Below the pieces are notes generated by a model. It worked only from the letters and a program-made list of their open reading frames with translations. It had not been told where the DNA came from and made no database searches. Made by a program: the position numbers and the translations under genes. From Vulcanimicrobiaceae bacterium (GTDB lineage: Bacteria; Vulcanimicrobiota; Vulcanimicrobiia; Vulcanimicrobiales; Vulcanimicrobiaceae), in contig DASRSM010000116.1 of assembly GCA_035656415.1 (NCBI GenBank), forward strand, positions 1-54,641: a stretch of 54,641 bases of DNA, given 5' to 3'. The stretch's first letter is position 1. Every line of letters begins with the position of its first letter. Of the stretch, positions 47,730-54,641 are shown piece after piece.

Positions 47730-49148
47730 CTACGGAATTATTGGGGCCCCCGAAAGGTCGCGCAAGCGCGAATTTCTGAAGCCGTAGGCCAGATAGACAA
47801 CCAGGCCGATCAGGAACCAGACTGCGTACCGGACCCAGGTCCCGACCTGCAGCTGGGTGATCAGAAAGAAGCACGCCAGCGCTCCCGCCACCGCGAAAAA
47901 CGGGAGCAGCGGAGCCCTAAACGGGCGCGCGGCGTTCGGATGAATCACCCGAAGTGCCAGTACTCCGGCACAAACGATCGCAAACGCGACGAGCGTGCCG
48001 ATATTCGTTAACGCCAATAAATCGGGCAACGGAAAAACGGCGGCGAGCAGCGTCACCAAGACGCCCGTAACGAACGTCATGCGCGCCGGCGTCCGAAGGA
48101 GCGGATGAATCGCCGCCACCGACGGCGGAAGCATGCGGTCGCGAGCCATCACGTAGAAGATTCGCACTTGCCCCAATAACGACGTAATTGCGACGGTCGA
48201 GTTTCCCGCGATGCCGCCGATCGCAACGATCCAATAGATCGCTTGATTTTTGTTTACGTTCGACAGAGCGTCGAGCATCGCGGCGCCTTCGGAGAGTTTC
48301 GCGAACGGCATCGCGCCGACCGTGCAAAACGTCAGCGCGACGTAGAGAAATCCGCCAACGATCAGCGCGAGGATGATCCCGATGGGAACGTCGCGCTCGG
48401 GGCGCTTCGCCTCTTCCGACGCTACGGTAACCGTGTCGAACCCAATGTAGGCGAAGAACACCAGCGCGGTGCTCATGAAGATGCCGTGCACGCCGAACGG
48501 CGCTATCGGGTGCAAGTTAGCCGGCGAAACCGCCGGGGCGACGACCGCGATGAAGACGAGCATCGAAACGATCTGCACGACGACGAGCGCGCCGTTGACG
48601 CCGGCGGATTCGCGAATGCCGATTGCGACCAGCGCGGTGATCAGCAGCGTCACGATCGCCGCCGGGACGTCGAACTGCCAGTGGCCGCCCGCACCGAGAT
48701 TCGCGCTTTGCGCCCACGCCGGAAACGTTATGCCGATACTCGCGACCAGATGTTGAAAGTAATCCGAGAGCGACGATGCCGTCGGCGCGACCGAAACGCC
48801 GTATTCCAAGATGAGATCCCATCCGATGATCCAGGCGACCAGCTCGCCCAGGGTGGCGTACGCGTACGTATACGCGCTGCCCGCGACGGGAACCATCGCC
48901 GCAAACTCGGCGTAGCAGAGTGCGACGCAGACGCTGACCAGCCCCGAAAGAACGTAGGCAAAAATAACGCCGGGCCCGGCGAGGTGCGCGCCGCTTCCGA
49001 TCGTCGGAAAGATGCCGCCGAGCATCGTTCCCAATCCGATCGCGGTAAGCGCGGGCCAGCCCAGCGCGCGGCGCAGCGTCGGTCCTTCGCGCTCCGGCGT
49101 CGTCCACGCGAGGGGCTGACGCGCGAAAAACTGACGGTACCAGCTCAA
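47730..49148 (-). CDS. amino acid permease (APC superfamily, cationic amino-acid transporter-like)
   Basis: Track ORF 47730..49235. The likely start is TTG 49148, just after the upstream stop (..LSWYRQFFARQPL...LRRALGWPALTAIGLGTMLGGIF..). About 12-13 TM helices. Confidence 0.82.
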   Translation of the reverse strand: MSWYRQFFARQPLAWTTPEREGPTLRRALGWPALTAIGLGTMLGGIFPTIGSGAHLAGPGVIFAYVLSGLVSVCVALCYAEFAAMVPVAGSAYTYAYATLGELVAWIIGWDLILEYGVSVAPTASSLSDYFQHLVASIGITFPAWAQSANLGAGGHWQFDVPAAIVTLLITALVAIGIRESAGVNGALVVVQIVSMLVFIAVVAPAVSPANLHPIAPFGVHGIFMSTALVFFAYIGFDTVTVASEEAKRPERDVPIGIILALIVGGFLYVALTFCTVGAMPFAKLSEGAAMLDALSNVNKNQAIYWIVAIGGIAGNSTVAITSLLGQVRIFYVMARDRMLPPSVAAIHPLLRTPARMTFVTGVLVTLLAAVFPLPDLLALTNIGTLVAFAIVCAGVLALRVIHPNAARPFRAPLLPFFAVAGALACFFLITQLQVGTWVRYAVWFLIGLVVYLAYGFRNSRLRDLSGAPIIP

Positions 49149-49152
49149 CGGT

Positions 49153-49635
49153 TTATTTTTTGACGCAGAGTTCGCGCAACGCGCTCTCGGCCTGGGCATT
49201 GGGATGGCCGTCCAACGGATAGACGTACATCGCAAAGTACGTAGCGCTGCCGGCGTTCGCGATCGTCATCTCGAGACTGTGCGGTTTGCTCGGCTGATTG
49301 CCGGTCGACGATTCCGCACTGCCTTTGAAAAACATGGCAGGTTCGTTGCCGCAAATCGTGATCTGATGCTCCTGGCTAAACTTCACGTCCTTGAGTTTGC
49401 CATTCTCGAGGATTTGTTCGCGATCGATCTGCTTGGGCGAACGAAAAAGCATGAGCACTTCTTCGGACTTCTCGGACGGCGTCCAAAACTGCATGAAGCC
49501 CATGATGCCCGGCGAGGAGTGCCAAGCCGTGGGAGCGGTGAACGTCAAGTCGTCGGCGGGGCTGCTCGTCAGACCGCAGCCGGAAAGCACGGCGCAAGCG
49601 ACGCCGGCAAAAACGAGCGCAACGGTGCCTTTCAT
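49153..49635 (-). CDS. hypothetical lipoprotein
   Basis: 160 aa. Classical lipobox VLSGC. The start overlaps the upstream SLT stop (ATGA). Confidence 0.65.
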   Translation of the reverse strand: MKGTVALVFAGVACAVLSGCGLTSSPADDLTFTAPTAWHSSPGIMGFMQFWTPSEKSEEVLMLFRSPKQIDREQILENGKLKDVKFSQEHQITICGNEPAMFFKGSAESSTGNQPSKPHSLEMTIANAGSATYFAMYVYPLDGHPNAQAESALRELCVKK

Positions 49636-50342
49636 TGGGCCGTCGTTCGTCCAACGGCGAGGGTTGTCTTGCCCGGCGTCTCGTAGGCCACGATGCGCGC
49701 CCAGCGATCGAAGATCAAATCGATGTATTCGCGCGTTTCGCGATATGGCGGAACGCCGCCGTACCGTTGCACGGCCGTCGGCCCCGCGTTGTACGCCGCT
49801 AACGCCGTCGCATAGGCATCGTCGTACTCGCCGGTATACGCAATAACGTAACCGCCCAGCAGTTCCGCCGCGCCGCCGATCGCTTCGAACGGATCGTGCG
49901 GATCGATGCCGACGTCGGCCGCCGTCTCGGGCATGAACTGCGCGATGCCGATCGCTCCGGCCGGCGAAAGCGCCTCGACGTCGTAGGCGGACTCTTGCAG
50001 CAACGTTGCGGCTAAGAACTCGGGCGGCAGACCGTGCTTGCGCGCGGCGTTCGCGGTCGCATCGGCTAAGAGCAAGGCCTCGGCGGCGACGAGGCGTGGA
50101 TTGGTGTGCAGGACCGCACGTGCGATCGCAAGCTCGGGTTGCGATACCGGCGCACCGTCGCGCAAGAGGACCGCGCCTTTGAGTGCGTCGACGTCAGAGG
50201 GCGATGGCCAGCTTAAAGCGATATTAAGGGCGCGCGACAGTTGTGCTGGCGTAATGAAGCGCTCGCGTGTATGGTTGGGAGGAGCACTACATGTAGTGAG
50301 TGCCAGGACTACAGCTACACAACGAGTTGTAAGGGGAATCAT
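49632..50342 (-). CDS. lytic transglycosylase (SLT domain), probable lipoprotein
   Basis: Track ORF to 50432. ATG 50342 gives MIPLTTRCVAVVLALTTC. SLT motifs ..LLQESAYD..SPAGAIGIAQFMP..AYNAGP.. Confidence 0.83.
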   Translation of the reverse strand: MIPLTTRCVAVVLALTTCSAPPNHTRERFITPAQLSRALNIALSWPSPSDVDALKGAVLLRDGAPVSQPELAIARAVLHTNPRLVAAEALLLADATANAARKHGLPPEFLAATLLQESAYDVEALSPAGAIGIAQFMPETAADVGIDPHDPFEAIGGAAELLGGYVIAYTGEYDDAYATALAAYNAGPTAVQRYGGVPPYRETREYIDLIFDRWARIVAYETPGKTTLAVGRTTAQ

Positions 50343-50348
50343 AGAACC

Positions 50349-50882
50349 ATGTTCGTTGCTATCGCCGCCACCATCGTTACCTTGGTCGTTGGCGACTTCG
50401 CGTCGACGTTCTTCTATCACGTTCCGCAACACGTTTGGTTCACGTTACACCTGCGCACCCACCACGACCGCCGCCGGTCGTATTGGGATCACGCGGTCAT
50501 CTCGCGCGATCCGGCGGTGTTGCTCGACGGCTTCCTCGGCGCCGTCCCGTACCTCATCGTTGCAGCGCTGTTATGGCGCATATCGTGGCCCGGAGCGCTT
50601 TTGGGATTGGCTCTCGGCCAACTCCACGTCTGGTGGCGCCATACGACCGATTTGGGATGGCGCACCCCGGCCTGGCTGCGGGCGATCCTGAGGGGTCTGT
50701 CCGTCGTCCTTCCCGAGGACCACGACGGGCATCACCGAAACCCCGATATCGAGTTTGGCGACATCTTCCGCTTTTACGACGCCCCCGCGAGGGCGCTTTT
50801 GGCCAAGCTAGCCCCGACCAGCCGGCGCACGAGGAACGCGGCGGGACGCCGCCCGACCAGGAGGGCGCCCGCGCAAGCCTAA
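50349..50882 (+). CDS. small histidine-box membrane protein (fatty-acid hydroxylase/desaturase-like di-iron superfamily candidate)
   Basis: Track ORF from 50241. ATG 50349 gives MFVAIAATIVTLVVGDF.. (177 aa). About 3 TM helices. His clusters HVPQH, HLRTHH, HVWWRH and HDGHH. Confidence 0.55.
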   Translation: MFVAIAATIVTLVVGDFASTFFYHVPQHVWFTLHLRTHHDRRRSYWDHAVISRDPAVLLDGFLGAVPYLIVAALLWRISWPGALLGLALGQLHVWWRHTTDLGWRTPAWLRAILRGLSVVLPEDHDGHHRNPDIEFGDIFRFYDAPARALLAKLAPTSRRTRNAAGRRPTRRAPAQA

Positions 50883-50893
50883 CGGGAGAGCCA

Positions 50894-52090
50894 ATGACCA
50901 AACGGGCACTCTTTCTCATTTCGGATACGGGTGGCGGCCACCGCAGTGCTGCCAACGCCATTACCGCCGCCCTCGACGAGATCGACAGCCCGAACGCCTT
51001 CGAACACCGGATCGAAGACGTCGCCGCTCATTGCGCGTTTCCGTTGACCCAGCTCGGGCTGGGTTACAGTATGGCCCTGCGTTACGCTCCGCCCGTCTAC
51101 GGCGCGCTGTACTACGCCACCAACGGCCGGCGCCGGTATAAGGCCCTGATCCGCTTTTGCGAGCCCCTCTACCGCGAGAGACTGCGCGATCTTTTCATCA
51201 GCTACCAGCCCGACGTGATCATCTCGGTGCATCCGCTGCTCAATCACGCGGCGCTGCGCGCACGCGCCGACGCGCACATGCAGCACGTTCCGGTCATCAC
51301 CGTGATCACCGATCTCGGGAAAGTGCACGAGTCGTGGCTAGTTGCCGAGGCCGACGCCGTCGTCGTGCCGGCCCGCGAGGTTTATTCGCGCGCGCTTTCT
51401 CGCGGCGTTTCGCCCGCGCGGCTGCGTTTGCTCGGCCATCCGATTCATCCGAAGTTCGACGACGTCACCGGCTCGAAGCAAGAGCTGCGCGCCGCCTTGG
51501 GATTACCGCAAGACGGCCTGGTCGTGATGCTCATGGCCGGCGGTGAAGGCGGCGGAAAGCTGCTCTCGACGACGCTCGCGCTCGCACGCGCGCGTTTGCC
51601 GATTCACATGGTGGTCGTGTGCGGTCGCAACGAGCACTTACAACAGAAGCTCACCGAGATGGGCCGTTCGCTGCCGACGCCGATGACGGTGCTCGGCTTC
51701 ACCGACAAAGTTCCGGAGTATTTCCGTACCGTCGATCTGCTCGTTACGAAAGCCGGGCCCGGAGCCCTAGCCGAAGCGAACGCGGCGCAGCTGCCCGTCG
51801 TCGTGTACGATTACATTCCCGGCCAAGAGCGCGGTAACGTCGACTTCGTACGCAACAATGGCTTAGGCCTGGTCGCGCTTCACGGCGCCGGCGAAGTCGT
51901 CAACGCGGTGCGCACGTTGATCCGCACGCCCGAGCGGCTCGAAACGATTCGGGAAAATCAAGAGAGCGTTGCGCCGCGCCGCAGCTCGCGCCGCATCGCC
52001 GCGCTCATCGCGCAGCTCTGCAATACCGGCACGATTCCGGCGCAAGACGACATGCCCGCCGGCCCCTTACGTCAAGCCGCCGGAGTTTAG
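50894..52090 (+). CDS. MGDG-synthase-like diacylglycerol glycosyltransferase (GT28)
   Basis: Track ORF from 50435. ATG 50894 is preceded by GGGAGAG. N-terminus LFLISDTGGGHRSAANAI is characteristic of the MGDG_synth domain. C-terminal GT-B half follows. Confidence 0.83.
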   Translation: MTKRALFLISDTGGGHRSAANAITAALDEIDSPNAFEHRIEDVAAHCAFPLTQLGLGYSMALRYAPPVYGALYYATNGRRRYKALIRFCEPLYRERLRDLFISYQPDVIISVHPLLNHAALRARADAHMQHVPVITVITDLGKVHESWLVAEADAVVVPAREVYSRALSRGVSPARLRLLGHPIHPKFDDVTGSKQELRAALGLPQDGLVVMLMAGGEGGGKLLSTTLALARARLPIHMVVVCGRNEHLQQKLTEMGRSLPTPMTVLGFTDKVPEYFRTVDLLVTKAGPGALAEANAAQLPVVVYDYIPGQERGNVDFVRNNGLGLVALHGAGEVVNAVRTLIRTPERLETIRENQESVAPRRSSRRIAALIAQLCNTGTIPAQDDMPAGPLRQAAGV

Positions 52091-52107
52091 TTCGAGGACT
52101 CACAGTA

Positions 52108-53529
52108 TTAGGGTTGGCCGTTCCAGGTAAAGCCGCCGGGCAGAACTTCCGGCGCGCGCAGCGCCTGCGAAAAATCGAAGTCGGCACGTAAGTCGCCCAG
52201 GATCTTTTCGTCTTCGCGGACGTCCGGTCGCGGATCGGGTCGGCCGTTGGTGCGCGGATCGATGCGCTCGCCGCCGAGAAAATCGTCTTCGATAAACTTC
52301 ACGTAGGCGTCGTGGCTGAGGATCTGGTGATCGATGAAGCCCTTACGCCCGTACGGGCTGATGACGATGGCGGGAACGCGGATGCCGTAGCCGTTCTCGT
52401 CGACGTTCGGCGGCGCGACGTGATCGTAGAATCCGCCCCAATCGTCCCAGCTCAAGAAGATCGCCGTACTGTTCCAATCCGGACTCTGCACGATCGCGTT
52501 GATGAGTCCCGTCACGTACGCTTGCCCGTCGCTCACGAGCGCGGGCGGATGCTCGCTGTACTTATGCGCGGGCGTGATCCAGACCACGCTGGGTAACGTT
52601 CCGTTCTTTGCGGCAACGTAGAACTGACGCAGATCTTGAACGTTCTTCAGCTCGCCGTCCTGACGAACGGTGTCGAAGTACGGCAGCGGATTCCAGATAC
52701 CGCGCGTTTTTGCGTTCATCGGCACGCCCTTACACTGCTCTTCGTCGAACGCGCAGTCGGGCTCGGTGCCGGCCATCACGTAGTACGACCAGCTTACGTG
52801 CTTGCGGTGCAGCAAGTACGTCAGGTCGGTCCACGGGTAGTCGGGATGTCCGGGCTGATGCAAACGCGCGACGTTAACGCGAAAATCCGGCGGAAGGTCG
52901 GGACTTTCCGGTTCGTTCACGCAGCTCGACGGGTCGTGCAGGCGCGAGCACGACGCGGACCACTCCGAGACCATGAACAGATGCTGCGGCAGACTCCACG
53001 ACGAAATGTTTTCGAACATTTTGTCTTGCAAGACGAAGTCGCGCGCGTACTTCCAATAGTTCGGAAGCTCGCGCTCGTCGTGATAGCCGAGAACGTCGTT
53101 TTCACGGAAGGTCCCGCCGCAGTCGGGGTTAGCCGTACTGGCGCAGTTCTTTCGTGAGTGCGACAGTACGCGTACGAAGCCGTCCATCTTGCCGCCGTCG
53201 ACGGCGTTGCGCGAAGATCCGAAGTTGTGCGGCCCGCCCCGGTTGCGATCGCGCGGATCGTGGTATGGCCGCTGGCACGGCGAACCGTCGGCGGTGGGAA
53301 TGCACACCGTGGGTTGTCCGTTCTTCATCGGAATGCCGTCGGCGCCCGGAAACGTTCCGAAGTAATGATCGAACGACCGGTTCTCTTGCATGATGATGAC
53401 GACGTGCCGGATCTTGTGAATCGGATCCGGCGTGGGCGCGGGCGTAGCGTCGCTCTTCGAGGTCGCCGCGGTCGCGCAGCCGATCGCAGCGAGCGCTGCG
53501 ATGGCTAGTACGATACGCGTGAAACTCAT
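52108..53529 (-). CDS. phosphoesterase-family enzyme (phospholipase C / AcpA acid phosphatase type), probable lipoprotein
   Basis: ..[28 protein letters not shown].. is diagnostic of the PLC/AcpA phosphoesterase family. ATG 53529 gives [18 protein letters not shown]. Confidence 0.87.
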   Translation of the reverse strand: MSFTRIVLAIAALAAIGCATAATSKSDATPAPTPDPIHKIRHVVIIMQENRSFDHYFGTFPGADGIPMKNGQPTVCIPTADGSPCQRPYHDPRDRNRGGPHNFGSSRNAVDGGKMDGFVRVLSHSRKNCASTANPDCGGTFRENDVLGYHDERELPNYWKYARDFVLQDKMFENISSWSLPQHLFMVSEWSASCSRLHDPSSCVNEPESPDLPPDFRVNVARLHQPGHPDYPWTDLTYLLHRKHVSWSYYVMAGTEPDCAFDEEQCKGVPMNAKTRGIWNPLPYFDTVRQDGELKNVQDLRQFYVAAKNGTLPSVVWITPAHKYSEHPPALVSDGQAYVTGLINAIVQSPDWNSTAIFLSWDDWGGFYDHVAPPNVDENGYGIRVPAIVISPYGRKGFIDHQILSHDAYVKFIEDDFLGGERIDPRTNGRPDPRPDVREDEKILGDLRADFDFSQALRAPEVLPGGFTWNGQP

Positions 53530-53551
53530 CGTTCTTTCAACTCCACTGCTT

Positions 53552-54517
53552 TCACGCTCGGGCTTCATCTCCGGTGCCGAGACCGCCGCGAAATGCCATC
53601 GTTGCGGCTCCGACTTGACCGGCGTCGTTGCCGAGTTGCGCGACGGCGATCTTCGTCGTGCCTTTCGGGACCATCGTCGTGAGTACGTCGACCGGCCCGC
53701 GTACGGCGTCGAGCATAAAATCGGCGGCCGTCGAAACGCCGCCGCCGAGTGCGATCATCTCGGGATTCACGAACGCAATGACGTTCGCCAATCCAATGGC
53801 CAAGTCGGCCGTGTAGTTGTTCCACGCCGCGAGCGCGTGTCGATCGCCGGCCTGCGCGGCCTTGCGAATCTTTTTCGAGCTGAGCCGGTCGCGGTCGACG
53901 TCGAGGATCGCCGAGCGCGGAAATGACGGCGCGACCGCAAACGCGTGACGGATGAGTCCGGTTCCGGATGCCTGAGCCTCGAAGCAGCCGATCTTGCCGC
54001 AAGCGCAAACGAAGCCGTCCCGTGGACGAATCTGGTGGTGGCCGATCTCGCCGGCGCCCCAGCGGTTGCCCAGCACGAGTTGACCTCCGGCGACGATACC
54101 GCCGCCGATTCCGGTTCCCAGCGTAAGCAACACGAAATCTTTCGTCCCTTTTCCGGACCCGAACGTGTATTCGCCGAGCGTGGCGCAACGCGCGTCGTTG
54201 CCGACGAAGACCGGCAAGCCGAACTTCTTGCGCAGCGCCTCGCCCAGCGGCATGTCCTGCCAACCGAAGTTCGGGCTGTAGAGTACCGCACCGCTGTTTG
54301 CGTCGATGTTCCCGGGCGATCCGATGCCGATACCGACCACGGAACTGCCTGCATCCTTGATGGCCGCGGAGATCGTGTCGTCGAGCGCCGAGATGACGGC
54401 TTCGTATCGCAGATCTTCGAGATCGAGCTCGTGCTGGCGATGAATCGTGCCGTCGTCGGTAACCACGGAGGCCGTGACGTGCGAGCCGCCGAGATCGACC
54501 CCAATCGCCGTTTGCAT
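53552..54517 (-). CDS. ROK-family glucokinase
   Basis: 321 aa. [12 protein letters not shown] motif, ..[11 protein letters not shown].., and Zn motif [11 protein letters not shown]. Confidence 0.88.
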   Translation of the reverse strand: MQTAIGVDLGGSHVTASVVTDDGTIHRQHELDLEDLRYEAVISALDDTISAAIKDAGSSVVGIGIGSPGNIDANSGAVLYSPNFGWQDMPLGEALRKKFGLPVFVGNDARCATLGEYTFGSGKGTKDFVLLTLGTGIGGGIVAGGQLVLGNRWGAGEIGHHQIRPRDGFVCACGKIGCFEAQASGTGLIRHAFAVAPSFPRSAILDVDRDRLSSKKIRKAAQAGDRHALAAWNNYTADLAIGLANVIAFVNPEMIALGGGVSTAADFMLDAVRGPVDVLTTMVPKGTTKIAVAQLGNDAGQVGAATMAFRGGLGTGDEARA

Positions 54518-54537
54518 GGTGGGACCCCTTTGTCTCT

Positions 54538-54641
54538 ATGCTTAAACAAGCCTTCATGGAGACTATTGACCTCACCACCCTAAGAAACTTCACGCGGCGC
54601 ACTGGGCAGCCTACGCATCCGGAGCTGCTCGACGCGCGCTC
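54538..54641 (+). CDS. 5' end of an unidentified gene (runs off window)
   Basis: Open frame MLKQAFMETIDLTTLRNFTRRTGQPTHPELLDAR.. from ATG 54538 (or ATG 54556) to the window edge. Too short to classify. Confidence 0.25.
   Translation, partial: MLKQAFMETIDLTTLRNFTRRTGQPTHPELLDAR

Overview
GC-rich (roughly 60-65 % G+C by eye) bacterial chromosomal segment with about 55 tightly packed genes. The long Arg-rich antisense ORFs in the track are GC artefacts. I found no rRNA, tRNA, CRISPR array, transposase, integrase or phage gene. Content is mostly core metabolism: thiC behind a TPP riboswitch, pyruvate dehydrogenase E1+E2, aconitase, RNase D, RpiB, a BolA-Grx4-rhodanese-EVE-MetC-GlgP string, Ppk1, and an Opu-type compatible-solute ABC transporter. 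It also holds an ArsR-dehydratase-aminotransferase-RidA operon, a split LigD (ligase plus primase-polymerase, no Ku in the window), an orphan EgtD-like methyltransferase, and a glycolipid-synthase/phospholipase-C group. A TonB-dependent receptor, several lipobox lipoproteins and a lytic transglycosylase point to a diderm host. I could not identify a clear new defence, secretion or mobile system; this reads as a largely housekeeping region. The candidates most worth a second look are: (a) the divergent pair of large uncharacterised envelope proteins at 2696-6877; (b) the orphan EgtD-like methyltransferase next to an amino-acid permease; (c) the mini di-iron hydroxylase-like protein with GT28 glycolipid synthase and PLC-type phosphoesterase; (d) the ArsR-controlled dehydratase/aminotransferase/RidA operon; (e) a TMEM175-type channel gene whose conserved RxxxFSD motif lies upstream of any ATG/GTG/TTG. 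Genome-style peculiarities include pervasive NTGA start/stop overlaps, divergent genes whose start codons nearly abut, convergent genes overlapping at their 3' ends, and only one clean intrinsic terminator. All family calls come from reading the translations by eye; no database search was run.
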